Notes: a model not told the origin generated them from the sequence alone. A stretch of 64,000 nt of DNA from an uncultured Gammaproteobacteria bacterium (GCA_964640215.1 CAZXEW010000033.1:2382-66381); one strand, 5' to 3'. Counted from the stretch's first letter, positions 46,086-56,642 are shown. Translations and numbers: made by a program.

Positions 46086-47803
46086 TACTGGTTATGTCTT
46101 ATCTTGTAAATTCGAATTATCGGACCAGAAATATAGGCACTGCCAATATTCACTTGGCTAATACTGGCAAAATCGACTCGCCAAACAGGATCCTCCGCCT
46201 GGACGGGATTTGGTTTAAACTCCTTGATTAGGCTATAATACTCATCTAGCGAAGTTGAAAATTCTGGAGTATATGTTTGATGGTTACTTTTGGCCCAACT
46301 TGTTTGGATCAGATAACAGTAATTGTTACGTACATAGGTTGAAACATCTGGTTGAAAAATAGCTTGCTGAGTGATGGGATTAGTTAAATAATCTAGTCTG
46401 ATTGTACCGAGTAAATCGTAGCCTTTCTTGGATTGGTTAGCTTCCGTTAAAGCTTGCAGGTATTGACCAGCTTGTCCTGATTGTTTAACTTCTAGTAATA
46501 ATTTTCGAGCTGATTTAACGTCTAAAGACAAAGGTGGTCCATAAATGGATAAGTATTCTGACCTGACAGCACCCTCAAGTACCATTTTGGTCCCGATAGG
46601 GATGTTTTGTTCAATCCAATTCTTAGAGATCGCTCTGGTGTCAGGTTGAGTCATTAGATAATCAAACTTTATGGTGGTGACTAAGGTGGGTAAAATGACT
46701 AATATGGCAATAATAATGATTAAGCGATTTGAGCTGATAAGCCAGGAAAGAAAAATTGCTGATATTAAACTTAGATGAGGTAAAACCATGATAGCGTAAC
46801 GGGCGAAATTGGTTCCACCAACTAAGATTAGTGTCAGAAAGAAAGCGGCGGGAGTTGATATTAGAAGTAGGTTTTTCTTGACCCGGTATTTTAGTGCTAA
46901 GTATAGGCATCCAAACAGACTAGTAAGAAGCAAGGGCATTCCTAATCCGTGTTTTAAATGAAAGGTCAGATAATATACCCAAACTGGTTGTCCGTCTGAA
47001 CTAACCCATTGAGTGGTTGTGAGCTTGGATTGTTGAAGAATATCTGACCAAGCCTGAGGCCATTTAATAAATAAGTATGGGTTTAAGACGATAAAAATGG
47101 CCGAACAAGTCAGAGCTGTCAACAGGATTTTTTGATCGACAAATTTTTTCAAGTGACCGTTGGCTTGTAATAATTGGGCCAGCAAAACCGTCGGTAATAC
47201 TATGAAAAAGTTATATTTCAAGGAAGCAAATAACCCTAAGATAAGTCCGCAAAATAGATATGTCGTAGTACTGGCTTGTTTGGCGATTCGAACGCTAAAA
47301 TAGTAAATTAGCAGGCTAAAAAGACCGGTTAAAACATCTTGTTTGATGTAATGAGACTCTTGAACATGTAAAAAGCTGACACTCAAGAAAAAAGCGGCTA
47401 AAATACCGATTCTGGGAGAATAGAGTTTTTTGCCAATCCAGAAAACCAGCAATACGGTGGTGAGACTGAATATCGTTGTTAAAAGTCGACCAAGCAGCAA
47501 AAAAATCGACGGATCAGTTAAATAAGCGATAAAAAAGCGATCAAAGCTAGACCAAGCTCCCAGACCGAAACCAACAACAAATAATAGACCATAGATAAAT
47601 AGCAGAATATACGGGTAAAGCATCGGGAAATAGAAAAAATGAGGTTGTAGTTGGTGGCTCCCAGCAAAAAAGGCTCCATAGATATCAGTCGATTCGTCAA
47701 AATGGAAGAAATAAGGTAAGCCGAAATTGATGCCCCATAGACGTAGCGCTGCCGCGAGGATAAGGATTAATAACAGCTGCCAATTAATAGGTATTTTCAT
47801 CAA
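46076..47803 (-). CDS. PMT_2/ArnT-like GT-C membrane glycosyltransferase
   Basis: LRLWGINFGLPYFFHFDES in the first loop, then a polytopic membrane domain; paralog of 59126..60874. Confidence 0.65.
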   Translation of the reverse strand: MMKIPINWQLLLILILAAALRLWGINFGLPYFFHFDESTDIYGAFFAGSHQLQPHFFYFPMLYPYILLFIYGLLFVVGFGLGAWSSFDRFFIAYLTDPSIFLLLGRLLTTIFSLTTVLLVFWIGKKLYSPRIGILAAFFLSVSFLHVQESHYIKQDVLTGLFSLLIYYFSVRIAKQASTTTYLFCGLILGLFASLKYNFFIVLPTVLLAQLLQANGHLKKFVDQKILLTALTCSAIFIVLNPYLFIKWPQAWSDILQQSKLTTTQWVSSDGQPVWVYYLTFHLKHGLGMPLLLTSLFGCLYLALKYRVKKNLLLISTPAAFFLTLILVGGTNFARYAIMVLPHLSLISAIFLSWLISSNRLIIIIAILVILPTLVTTIKFDYLMTQPDTRAISKNWIEQNIPIGTKMVLEGAVRSEYLSIYGPPLSLDVKSARKLLLEVKQSGQAGQYLQALTEANQSKKGYDLLGTIRLDYLTNPITQQAIFQPDVSTYVRNNYCYLIQTSWAKSNHQTYTPEFSTSLDEYYSLIKEFKPNPVQAEDPVWRVDFASISQVNIGSAYISGPIIRIYKIRHNQYCN

Positions 47804-48936
47804 TCGATTTTAACCGGGTTTAAGACGTTTTGAAAACAGCTCAGATATTGTTTAGAAATTATTTTCCAGGCAAAACGTCGGGCTTGTAACCTGGGTTTAG
47901 CCCCGAAGTTGGTTTGACTGGCGGTCAATAGGGCTTTGGCATATTTGTTAATATTTTCAACATCGCACAAGATGCCGGCTTGACCGATGATGTAACGCCG
48001 TTGCTGGTCGTTAGTGGCCACCACTGGTAAACCGCTAGCCATCGCTTCTAAATAGACTTTGCCAAAGGGTTCGTCAAAAGAAGGTAGAGTGAAGACATCA
48101 GCGGCTCGGTAGTAGTGGGCGATTTGATTGTTGGCAACCTCGGTGATCAGAAATCGATCCTGGGTGAGCAGCTTATTGGCAAGTTCGATCAGAGCAGATT
48201 TGAGTGGGCCGCTACCAAGAATTACGAGACTACCGCGTTTTAGTTTAGCCACCGCCTTAATCGCTAGGTCGATCCGTTTGGCCGGAATAAATGCACCAAC
48301 GCATAAAAAAATTGGCCTTGGCAGAGCGAGCTTGACGGGCGAGACTTTGAGGGAATATTTACCCATATCAACCGCTGGTGGAATTAGGCATAACTTTAGT
48401 TGTGGCAGATTTTTTTGAAACCAGTCAAAGACCACTGGGGTTTCGCAGATAAACAGATTGGGCATTTGCCTACCAACTATTGGTTCGATACCACCCGAGC
48501 TTTTGGCGATAAACGGGGTTTTGTTAATAAATCTGATCAGTCGACAGTAAATGCTTCCCCATATTCCGTTGTCAGGCAGGATCAAGCTGAATCGACCAAA
48601 CAATAACGACGGCAGGGCAAAAAGACAAAAGCTTAAAGATTCAATGCCGCTGGGATTAAGGAAAAATTTGTCAAGCAGTTTGGTCAGTGCGGGATGGGAA
48701 TGATAGAGACGGTTGACCAAGTGATTTTGTTCAGTTAAAGCGAAGAACCTATTAACTTGTAGGCTCGGTGAGTGTAAAGGTGGGTTGGACGATTCGGCTG
48801 CAGATTTAGTTCGTGCATAAATAGTGATGTCAAAATCCCTAGACAAGCGGTTGGCTATTTCGGCGATGTAGATTTCTGATCCTCGCTCGACGATGCCAAA
48901 TTTTGGACATAAAATGGCGATTTTTGGTTTGTTCAT
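47800..48936 (-). CDS. GT-B fold glycosyltransferase (GT4-like)
   Basis: ...FTLPSFDEPFGKVYLEAMASGLPVVATND... Confidence 0.75.
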   Translation of the reverse strand: MNKPKIAILCPKFGIVERGSEIYIAEIANRLSRDFDITIYARTKSAAESSNPPLHSPSLQVNRFFALTEQNHLVNRLYHSHPALTKLLDKFFLNPSGIESLSFCLFALPSLLFGRFSLILPDNGIWGSIYCRLIRFINKTPFIAKSSGGIEPIVGRQMPNLFICETPVVFDWFQKNLPQLKLCLIPPAVDMGKYSLKVSPVKLALPRPIFLCVGAFIPAKRIDLAIKAVAKLKRGSLVILGSGPLKSALIELANKLLTQDRFLITEVANNQIAHYYRAADVFTLPSFDEPFGKVYLEAMASGLPVVATNDQQRRYIIGQAGILCDVENINKYAKALLTASQTNFGAKPRLQARRFAWKIISKQYLSCFQNVLNPVKID

Positions 48937-49024
48937 ATCAGAGATTGAACTTTGATAACATATTTACAGTAATATTACTATTGATATATATCCTCTAGCC
49001 TATTTATAATGCTAATTTAAGTCG

Positions 49025-49750
49025 ATGGAAATCCATAAGCCCTTACCTAAAATATTTGCTGACAGCTCCAATATCGCTGAAATCTCAAGACTGCGCCAGC
49101 TGAGTTTGATTAGTGGCATTACCACCAACCCCATAATTGTGGCCAAAGAAACTGATACCGGTGATATTACCAGTTATTATCAACGGTTGCTTGATTGCTT
49201 TCCCAATTTGCCAATTAGTATCCAATTACTAGACGAGACGACCAAAGGGATGATTTCTCGGGCGAGAACATATGCTAGTTTATCTCCACAGGTGGTGATC
49301 AAAATCCCAATGTTTGGGGATGGCAAGGGTTTGGAGGTGATGCAACAGTTGGTACAAGAGGGCATCAAGACTAATGTGACAGGTTTAGTGAAGGCTGAAC
49401 AAGTCAAATTGGCTGTTACATCGGCCATGACTGCTCGGACAACTGGACCGAGTTATGTATCGTTGTTATACGGCAGAATAGCTGACAGTGGAGGTCAACC
49501 TGAAGATGAAATCTCGTTATCTAGAAAATGGCTAGATCGATATCGCCCCGAAACAGAAATAATTACAGGCTCGATCCGTCGAGGTAGCGACGTACTCAAG
49601 GCTGATCTGGCTGGAAGTCATATCGTGACAGTGACCCCTAAAATTCTGTGGGAGATGGTGCAGGATCCTCAAACTGAAAAATATATCCAGCAATCTCAAG
49701 CAGCCTGGGCAGAGTTATCCAACAAACGAAGTGATTTCAAAACGATTTAA
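49025..49750 (+). CDS. transaldolase / fructose-6-phosphate aldolase family (short TalC/Fsa type)
   Basis: IFADSSNIAEI...GITTNP... (TIM-barrel transaldolase signature); ~240 aa. Confidence 0.8.
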   Translation: MEIHKPLPKIFADSSNIAEISRLRQLSLISGITTNPIIVAKETDTGDITSYYQRLLDCFPNLPISIQLLDETTKGMISRARTYASLSPQVVIKIPMFGDGKGLEVMQQLVQEGIKTNVTGLVKAEQVKLAVTSAMTARTTGPSYVSLLYGRIADSGGQPEDEISLSRKWLDRYRPETEIITGSIRRGSDVLKADLAGSHIVTVTPKILWEMVQDPQTEKYIQQSQAAWAELSNKRSDFKTI

Positions 49751-50345
49751 GGTTACTAGGTTTTTTGAAATAAGCTCGAAATTGGCTCAGAAATTGGCCA
49801 AATCGCCCAAAATTCAGCAAGCGGCCGACGTCTTGTTTGAGTGCTGGCAAGGCGAGGGAGTGGTTTTTGTGATGGGTTGTGGTGGGTCGGCCTCGACTGC
49901 TTCACATTTTGCCGGGGATCTAGCTAAAACTACGATCGTTGAGGGCAAAAAAAGGTTCAAGTCAGTGTCTTTAGTTGATACCACTCCACTAGTGTCCGCT
50001 TGGACAAATGACTATGGTTGGGGTAGCGTTTTTGCCGAGCAGCTTGAACCTTGGCTGACTGACAAAGATGTCTTGGTTGGTTTTTCGGTTCATGGCGGCA
50101 GCCAGGAGGAGGAAAAAAGCTGGTCTCAAAATCTAACAGCGGCGATGAAACTGGCCAAAAAGCGAGGCAGTCAGGTGATCGGTATTTGTGGGTTTGATGG
50201 CGGGGCGATGGCTAAACTAGCCGACGTTAATATTTTGGTGCCGATTAAAACTGAGCCGTACGGAACTCCAACGGTCGAGTCTGTGAGTGTTCTAGTTCAT
50301 CACGCCTTGATCTTTGATCTGATTGAGCGGATTAAGCGCTGTTAG
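49731..50345 (+). CDS. gmhA: SIS-domain sedoheptulose-7-phosphate isomerase
   Basis: VVFVMGCGGSASTASHFAGDLAKTT (GmhA CGNGGS-type motif); FSVHGGSQ. Confidence 0.75.
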   Translation: MISKRFKVTRFFEISSKLAQKLAKSPKIQQAADVLFECWQGEGVVFVMGCGGSASTASHFAGDLAKTTIVEGKKRFKSVSLVDTTPLVSAWTNDYGWGSVFAEQLEPWLTDKDVLVGFSVHGGSQEEEKSWSQNLTAAMKLAKKRGSQVIGICGFDGGAMAKLADVNILVPIKTEPYGTPTVESVSVLVHHALIFDLIERIKRC

Positions 50346-51274
50346 CTTAAGGCATTGACCCCCTCAAAATCAATTTTAAACGGCATTTTTATTAATCCTT
50401 CAGTTGTCATTTGCTGGCACAGAGCGTGTTGATCGTTAGGACAAACAAAAACCATAAATCCGCGACCGCCTGCCCCCATAATCTTGCCGCCCAAAGCGCC
50501 GTAGTTTTTAGCAACTTCATAAAGCCGATCGATATGCGGGTCAGTCATGAGCGGTGAGATTTGTTTTTTGTATTGCCAATGTTCATCCATCAACCGACCG
50601 ATAGCTGCGATATCTCCTTTAAGTAACCGCTCATAAATTTGGCCCCCGATCTGCTTGATGTAGTGCATGCTCTCAGTGACGGTAGTGTTTTTGTGTTTAA
50701 GCGATTGATTTTGGGCGGTCAAAACTTTAGTTGATGAGCCTTTGGTTTGTGTGTAAAAAACCATTAGGCTTTCTTCGAGCCTGGTTATAATGTTGGCTGA
50801 AAGTTTTGGTTGAGTGACGGTGACTGGTCCGCTGGGGGGGATCTCTAATTTTGTAACGCCACCAAAAACCGAGATATATTGATCATGCCGGCCGATCGGT
50901 TTTTTTAAGACATCTGCCTCAATATGAAAAGCTAATTCGGCCAGATTATTTTGAGTAATATTTTTGTTCAAATATAGATGTAAGGCCTTTAGCAAGGCTG
51001 CTATGTAAGCGCCTGATGAACCCAGACCAGTGCCAAAAGGAACTTCAGAAATTGAGTTGACTGTTAAGGGAGAGGTGATTTTTAAGTGTTCCTTAGCGGC
51101 GGCGATATATTCGTCATCTTGACTACCGGCTTCAAAATCTTGAGTGATATTGACGAAGATATATTTGTTAATGGCGATCGAGACTAACTGTCCGCCAAAC
51201 TGTTTGGAATAAGCTGGCAGGTCTGTGCCTCCCCCACCTAACGGTATTCTTAAGGGGGCTCTGACTATCTCCAC
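50342..51274 (-). CDS. GHMP-family sugar kinase (D-glycero-D-manno-heptose 7-phosphate kinase-like)
   Basis: APLRIPLGGGGTDLPAY (GHMP N-terminal motif); PFGTGLGSSGA (motif II). Confidence 0.7.
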   Translation of the reverse strand: MEIVRAPLRIPLGGGGTDLPAYSKQFGGQLVSIAINKYIFVNITQDFEAGSQDDEYIAAAKEHLKITSPLTVNSISEVPFGTGLGSSGAYIAALLKALHLYLNKNITQNNLAELAFHIEADVLKKPIGRHDQYISVFGGVTKLEIPPSGPVTVTQPKLSANIITRLEESLMVFYTQTKGSSTKVLTAQNQSLKHKNTTVTESMHYIKQIGGQIYERLLKGDIAAIGRLMDEHWQYKKQISPLMTDPHIDRLYEVAKNYGALGGKIMGAGGRGFMVFVCPNDQHALCQQMTTEGLIKMPFKIDFEGVNALS

Positions 51275-52035
51275 TTAACTCCTTTCTTCAGGTCTTGCTC
51301 GGCTTGTTGAAGCTGTTGGTGATTGGCGATGTCGACAAGATAGTCGCTTTGTGGGAAGGCAAAGAGAGGCTGGTGAAGCTGGATCATTTTGGGAAAGATA
51401 TCACTGGCAAAATCTTGAGGAATGGCCGGATCGATCAGGTCAAAGATAGCCGGTTCAAATAAATATAGGGCGCCGTTAGACCAGGCGAAATCGCCTTGGA
51501 GAGTTTGGGCTTGCGGATTTTCGATAAAGCTGGTAATTTGATGGCGCGAGTTAAATTTAATCGAACTTTTGAAATTTTTGCCACGGTGTTTATAGGTGTG
51601 AATAGTGGCTAGGGCTTTGGTATGAAGATGGGCAGCCAGCATTGACTTAAGATCAAGGCTTCTAATAATGTCACCGTATGACACGAAGAAAGTTTGCTTA
51701 ATTAAAGATTTGGCAGTCAGAACAGCCCGAGCTGTGCCTTGAGAGCGTGAAGTGGTTTCGTAAATGTATTCGATCTTGACTCCAAACGGCGAACCGTCTT
51801 GAAAATAATCAGTTATTTTATCTGACAGATAGCAGAGGGTAAAAATGAAATGGTTAAGGCCCTGTTGCTGAAAAAATCGAAGAATATGTTCTAAAATCGG
51901 CTTCCCATTAAGTTTGATCATCGGTTTGGGGATGTGGTCTGTCTCTGGGCGGAACCTTTCTCCTCTACCACCAGTAAGTATGATGGCTGTAATATCGTCA
52001 AAAACCGCTTCTCTCATGTGGTAAAATTTGGTCAA
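51265..52035 (-). CDS. sugar-1-phosphate nucleotidyltransferase (heptose-1-P guanylyltransferase-like)
   Basis: AIILTGGRGERFRPETDHIPKPMIKLNGKPILEHIL (G-x-G-x-R...K nucleotidyltransferase motif). Confidence 0.7.
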   Translation of the reverse strand: MTKFYHMREAVFDDITAIILTGGRGERFRPETDHIPKPMIKLNGKPILEHILRFFQQQGLNHFIFTLCYLSDKITDYFQDGSPFGVKIEYIYETTSRSQGTARAVLTAKSLIKQTFFVSYGDIIRSLDLKSMLAAHLHTKALATIHTYKHRGKNFKSSIKFNSRHQITSFIENPQAQTLQGDFAWSNGALYLFEPAIFDLIDPAIPQDFASDIFPKMIQLHQPLFAFPQSDYLVDIANHQQLQQAEQDLKKGVKWR

Positions 52036-52041
52036 TTATAC

Positions 52042-52899
52042 ATGAAACAGTTAGAAGGTAAGGTCTCAATAGTGACCGGAGGGAGCCGTGGGATTGGCCG
52101 GGTGATAGTTGAACGGTTTCTGCAATCAGGAGCAAAAGTAGTGGTTTGTTCTCGTAATGAAGAAGAATTAGAAAAGAGTTGCCAAGAGATTGATCGTGAA
52201 GGTTCGAGACTATTTCCGTTCGTGGCAGATGTCTCAAAGTTGTCAGACTGTCGAAAGCTAGTTAGGCAGGCGATGAAGCTGTTTGGACGGGTTGATATTT
52301 TAGTTAATAACGCTGGAATTTACGGACCGATTGGACCGATTGAGAAAAATTCGATTCGTCATTGGAGGCAAACGCTAAATATTAACCTGCTTGGGGCTGT
52401 AAATTTAGCTAAATTGGTGGTACCGATAATGAAGAGTCAGGGTGAAGGCAAGATTATTAATTTGGCGGGAGCTGGAGTCGGTGGTAAACGAGCACTGGCT
52501 CGCTTTAGCGCGTATTACACTTCTAAAGCATCGGTCGTCGCTTTTAGCGAATGCCTGGCCCAAGAGTTGGTTGAAGATAATATCCAAGTTAACTGTATCT
52601 CGCCTGGAGCAGTTTATACCCATTTTACGGATTACTTAATTGCGCAAGGAGCTCAAAAAGCGGGCCAGAAGGCTTATGAAGATGCGCTCCAACAGCGAAG
52701 TGGGAAATCGGGTAACTCCCCACTTCTAGCTGCCAAATTAGTCGTTTTTTTGTCATCTGAGGGGGCCAATAAAATTTCCGGCCGGATTTTGAGTGCGGTT
52801 TGGGATAAAATTGAAGATTTATCCTTAGCCGATGGACTGCCAGAGCAGTTATATAAAATTCGCCGGATTGATGACCGCAACTTTTATGAAAAAAAGTAA
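52042..52899 (+). CDS. short-chain dehydrogenase/reductase (SDR)
   Basis: GKVSIVTGGSRGIGR (TGxxxGxG); NNAG; YxxxK (YYTSK). Start set to the ATG at 52042 (MKQLEGK); the track ORF begins 36 codons upstream inside the convergent gene. Confidence 0.8.
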   Translation: MKQLEGKVSIVTGGSRGIGRVIVERFLQSGAKVVVCSRNEEELEKSCQEIDREGSRLFPFVADVSKLSDCRKLVRQAMKLFGRVDILVNNAGIYGPIGPIEKNSIRHWRQTLNINLLGAVNLAKLVVPIMKSQGEGKIINLAGAGVGGKRALARFSAYYTSKASVVAFSECLAQELVEDNIQVNCISPGAVYTHFTDYLIAQGAQKAGQKAYEDALQQRSGKSGNSPLLAAKLVVFLSSEGANKISGRILSAVWDKIEDLSLADGLPEQLYKIRRIDDRNFYEKK

Positions 52900-54193
52900 T
52901 GCTGGTCGAGGGGTTCTAGAGGTTGGACTGATTGGATTGGATCATCTGGGACTGGTTTCAACGGCTGGCTTAGCGCAATTAGGTTCAGATGTGACTGCTT
53001 TTGATGCCCAGTCAGGATTGATTAAAAATTTGGAGGTTGGTGAGTTGCCCATCTTTGAGCCGGGCCTTAAACAGTTACTAAAGACAAATAAGCGGCGAAT
53101 AAAGTTTAGCAACGACTTTGACCAGGCAGTCAAGGATAAAGACTATCTGTTCGTGAGCTTTGATTGCTCGGTAGATCGAATGGGTCGGATTGATTTAGGG
53201 ATGGTCGAGATAACACTAAAGAGGCTAAGGGCAATCATAAATCCAAGGACCACAGTGGTTATCTCGAGCCAGCTGCCTTTGGGTAGTTGTCAAAAATTTA
53301 AAGATCAATTTCAGATCGGTCGACTAATTTATTTTCCAGAAAATTTGAAATTAGGTAGTGCTGTTTCGGATTTTTTGACGCCTGATCGGATAGTGATAGG
53401 TTCAGATGATGAGCAACTATTATTAAAGTTTGAGCGAGATTTTAATTTTAACTGCCCCATCTTAACGATGAATTTTGAGAGTGCTGAGATGGTTAAGCAG
53501 GCGCTGAACAGTTATTTGGCTACATCAATTTCTTTTAGTAACCAGATCGCTGATTTGTGCGAACAGGTCGGAGCAAATTTTTCGGATGTATCTAAGGCTT
53601 TAAAATCCGATCGACGGATTGGTCCATTGGCTTATTTGAACGTTGGATTAGGTTTTGGTGGTGGGCACTTGGACCGGGATTTAGGATCATTAATAAAGAC
53701 CGCAGGTAGAGTTAAAGTTGATGTTAGGCTGCTGCAGGCAGTGTCTGGGGTGAATGAAGCTCGGTTAGCTAAATTTATGATTCTTATCAAACGGATTTGG
53801 CCAAATTTAGAGGGTAAACAGATAGGATTACTCGGTTTAGCATATAAAAAGGGCACTGATAACTTGGAACATTCGATCTCGATTGATTTGGCTCGGTTAC
53901 TCAATAAAAAAAGTGCTAAGGTGCGAGGGCTAGATCCTCTGGTTAAAAAAGTTGTTCATTCTATGGGGTTTATTAAGGTCTGTCAAGATGAACTAACTTT
54001 TTTTAAACATCTGGATTTAGTGATTTTAATGACTGAATGCGGTCAGTTTCGAGAATTTGATGTTGACCAACTAGCCAGGATGATGAATAATCGAGTGTTG
54101 ATAGATACTAAAAACTTTTTAGAGGCTGACTTGTTCTTAAAAAATGGCTTTAGGGTGATTAGTTTGGGTGATCAGGAAAGACTGAATTTATGA
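52886..54193 (+). CDS. nucleotide-sugar (UDP-glucose/GDP-mannose family) dehydrogenase
   Basis: VGLIGLDHLGLVSTAGLAQLGSDVTAFD (Rossmann N-terminus); central and C-terminal UDPG/MGDP dehydrogenase blocks. Start is uncertain (52832, 52871 or 52886); 52886 gives a short overlap with the SDR stop. Confidence 0.75.
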   Translation: MKKSNAGRGVLEVGLIGLDHLGLVSTAGLAQLGSDVTAFDAQSGLIKNLEVGELPIFEPGLKQLLKTNKRRIKFSNDFDQAVKDKDYLFVSFDCSVDRMGRIDLGMVEITLKRLRAIINPRTTVVISSQLPLGSCQKFKDQFQIGRLIYFPENLKLGSAVSDFLTPDRIVIGSDDEQLLLKFERDFNFNCPILTMNFESAEMVKQALNSYLATSISFSNQIADLCEQVGANFSDVSKALKSDRRIGPLAYLNVGLGFGGGHLDRDLGSLIKTAGRVKVDVRLLQAVSGVNEARLAKFMILIKRIWPNLEGKQIGLLGLAYKKGTDNLEHSISIDLARLLNKKSAKVRGLDPLVKKVVHSMGFIKVCQDELTFFKHLDLVILMTECGQFREFDVDQLARMMNNRVLIDTKNFLEADLFLKNGFRVISLGDQERLNL

Positions 54194-55140
54194 AGATTTT
54201 GGTGACTGGCGGAGCGGGTTTTATCGGCAGTCACCTGGTCGATGAAGCGATCAAACGAGGCAACCAGGTGATCGTTTATGACAACTTTTCGACAGGGTTA
54301 AGGCTGTTTAACCTGCATCACAATCAAAATCCGAACTTTAAAGTGATCAAAGGCGACGTTTTGGATTTCAAAAAATTAAAATCAGCCTTAAGCGGGGCTG
54401 ATTTTATCTTTCATTTGGCTGGCCATGCTGATGTTGGCAGTGGTTATTTTGATCATTTTTTTGATCATCAACATAATTTGGAAGGCACTCACAGTGTTTT
54501 GGAAGCGATGTATCAGACAGGGGTTAAAAAAATCCTTTTTGCCTCGACCTCATCAGTCTATGGGGATGCAACGGTCCACCCTACTCCGGAAAGTCAGCCT
54601 TTTGCCCCAACTTCAATTTATGGAGCGAGTAAAGCTGCGGCGGAAACCTATATTCAAGCCTATTCGAGCTATTATAACTTTCAATCGTATATCTTTCGGT
54701 TTTCATCTTTTGTCGGCGAGCGCTACACCCATGGAGTGATCTTTCAAATTGTTAAAAAAGACTTGTTCAACCCGGGTAAAATTATCAATCCATATAATGG
54801 TCGGGCCCAAAAAAGCTCGCTGTATATTAAGGATGCTACCGCGGCGATGTTTACGGCTATATCTAAGTCGAAACAGCCGATTAATATTTTTAATGTTGGT
54901 AACGATCGGGTGCTGTCGATTAGACGGATAATAGCTGTAGTTTTGGACCACTTGGGACATCGTGGCGGAATCATTTATCAAAATCATCAGTCAGGTTGGA
55001 AAGGAGATAACGAGTACGTATTATTGGATATTTCAGCATTAAAGAGTTTAGGTTGGGAGCCGCAGGTCAGTTTTGAGGATGGTATTCGATTGACTGTTGA
55101 TTACCTGCTGGCAAATAAAAAGTTGCTGAAAAGAGCTTAA
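54190..55140 (+). CDS. NAD-dependent sugar epimerase/dehydratase (extended SDR)
   Basis: MKILVTGGAGFIGSHLV; YGASKAAAE (YxxxK). Confidence 0.85.
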   Translation: MKILVTGGAGFIGSHLVDEAIKRGNQVIVYDNFSTGLRLFNLHHNQNPNFKVIKGDVLDFKKLKSALSGADFIFHLAGHADVGSGYFDHFFDHQHNLEGTHSVLEAMYQTGVKKILFASTSSVYGDATVHPTPESQPFAPTSIYGASKAAAETYIQAYSSYYNFQSYIFRFSSFVGERYTHGVIFQIVKKDLFNPGKIINPYNGRAQKSSLYIKDATAAMFTAISKSKQPINIFNVGNDRVLSIRRIIAVVLDHLGHRGGIIYQNHQSGWKGDNEYVLLDISALKSLGWEPQVSFEDGIRLTVDYLLANKKLLKRA

Positions 55141-55146
55141 GGGCAA

Positions 55147-55965
55147 TCACTTGGCGTGTTTGTTGGTGAAGATTCGTTGGATAAAACCAATAATTATACC
55201 TAGGTCGTAAACTACTTTAAACAATAAAAAGTTAGGTCGATGGTGATTGATGGCAAGGCTTATTCCTCGGCGAAGTGAGTTAGGGAATAGGCAGGAGAGG
55301 ACGGCTCGGTAGTCTTTGAGAGAAAATCCTTGAGCGATCCAGCGGGCTGAGATAAAAACCTCAATTAGACTTGTCGGATTATAGTGGTAACAGATTGCAC
55401 CTTTGGCTGGTATTGCGTTGACGTCTTTAAGTTGACTTAGCACAGTCACGTCTTCTCCATAACCGATATCTAGATAACCTTTGGTTTTTGAAAAGATATT
55501 ACTTTTAATTGCTCGAAAAGTACTCGCCTTATCATTGATTGATGGGTCGATATGAAGGTTATCGATAAAACCACAGTTAATGTTCCAACATACAGCCCAG
55601 ATATTGTCGGCGTTAGCGACATATTCTTGCTTTGTAAAGGTTGCCTGGACTTGGCTTTTTTTAAGTGGTTGGGTTAATTTTTGAAGATATTTATGGTCAA
55701 ATTCCATGTCGGCGTCTACGAATACGAATATATCGCCCTTGGCAATACTTGCTCCTAAGTTTCGGGCTTTAGCTGGGCCAGAATGTAGTTGAGAAATTAG
55801 AGTTACTTGTTTATAGCGTTTTACAATCACCTTTGTCCCATCAGTAGACCCATCATCTACAACAATAATTTCCAATGGTTGTAAGGTTTGGTTAAGCAAA
55901 GAATTTAAGCAACGCGTGATGTAATTTTGTTCGTTGTAGGTTGGGATAATGACTGAAATATTCAT
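55147..55965 (-). CDS. glycosyltransferase family 2
   Basis: MNISVIIPTYNEQNYITRCLNSL...EIIVVDDGSTDGT...VDADM. Start set to the ATG overlapping the upstream stop (ATGA); the track ORF extends 15 codons further. Confidence 0.8.
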   Translation of the reverse strand: MNISVIIPTYNEQNYITRCLNSLLNQTLQPLEIIVVDDGSTDGTKVIVKRYKQVTLISQLHSGPAKARNLGASIAKGDIFVFVDADMEFDHKYLQKLTQPLKKSQVQATFTKQEYVANADNIWAVCWNINCGFIDNLHIDPSINDKASTFRAIKSNIFSKTKGYLDIGYGEDVTVLSQLKDVNAIPAKGAICYHYNPTSLIEVFISARWIAQGFSLKDYRAVLSCLFPNSLRRGISLAINHHRPNFLLFKVVYDLGIIIGFIQRIFTNKHAK

Positions 55966-56642
55966 TTTATGAGTGTGACCAAAAATTGAATGGCCAAACC
56001 TTCTGGCCACAATGAGGTAATTTTTTGCTCAAGTTTTCTCCACCAATTATATTTGCCAATAAATGGATATAAAATTTTCAGAGAAAACGGTAATTGAGTA
56101 AAATTACCAATATTATCGAATTTGACGATATGGTAGCCTGACTGAATAATTAGATCTGTCAGCGTTTGTCTGGTAAAGAATTTGAGATGGGTTCGATCCA
56201 TAATTCCCCAATCGGTGTAACTAAATTGACCTTGGAGCAGTCTTAAACGGATAGTTAAAAAAGCGATGTTGGGGGTGGAGATGATGATTTGGCCTTTGGG
56301 AGCAAGATATTTCTTAAGGTTGGCTAAGACCTGGTCCGGTGCTTTGAGGTGTTCCAAGACATCGATTAGCAAGATATAGTCGAAGCGTTTCGAGCCAAGT
56401 TGCTTGAAGGTGGTTGGCTGTTCGATATCACAGACGATCATTTTGTGGCAATATGAGCCAGCGACTTGAGCTGACTTGGGATCGATTTCGATGCCGGTAA
56501 TTTGACAATTTTTCAGAACTAGTTGTTGGGCAATATAGCCTGAGGCACAGCCAATATCTAGGATATTACCTGATTTAATTTGATTAATAACCTTTTGATG
56601 TACCCCGTATGGGTCAAGGCTTAATTTGTAGAGAGCGGTCAT
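55962..56642 (-). CDS. class I SAM-dependent methyltransferase
   Basis: ILDIGCASGYIAQQL; FDYILLIDVLEHL; LAPKGQIIISTPN. Confidence 0.75.
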   Translation of the reverse strand: MTALYKLSLDPYGVHQKVINQIKSGNILDIGCASGYIAQQLVLKNCQITGIEIDPKSAQVAGSYCHKMIVCDIEQPTTFKQLGSKRFDYILLIDVLEHLKAPDQVLANLKKYLAPKGQIIISTPNIAFLTIRLRLLQGQFSYTDWGIMDRTHLKFFTRQTLTDLIIQSGYHIVKFDNIGNFTQLPFSLKILYPFIGKYNWWRKLEQKITSLWPEGLAIQFLVTLIK

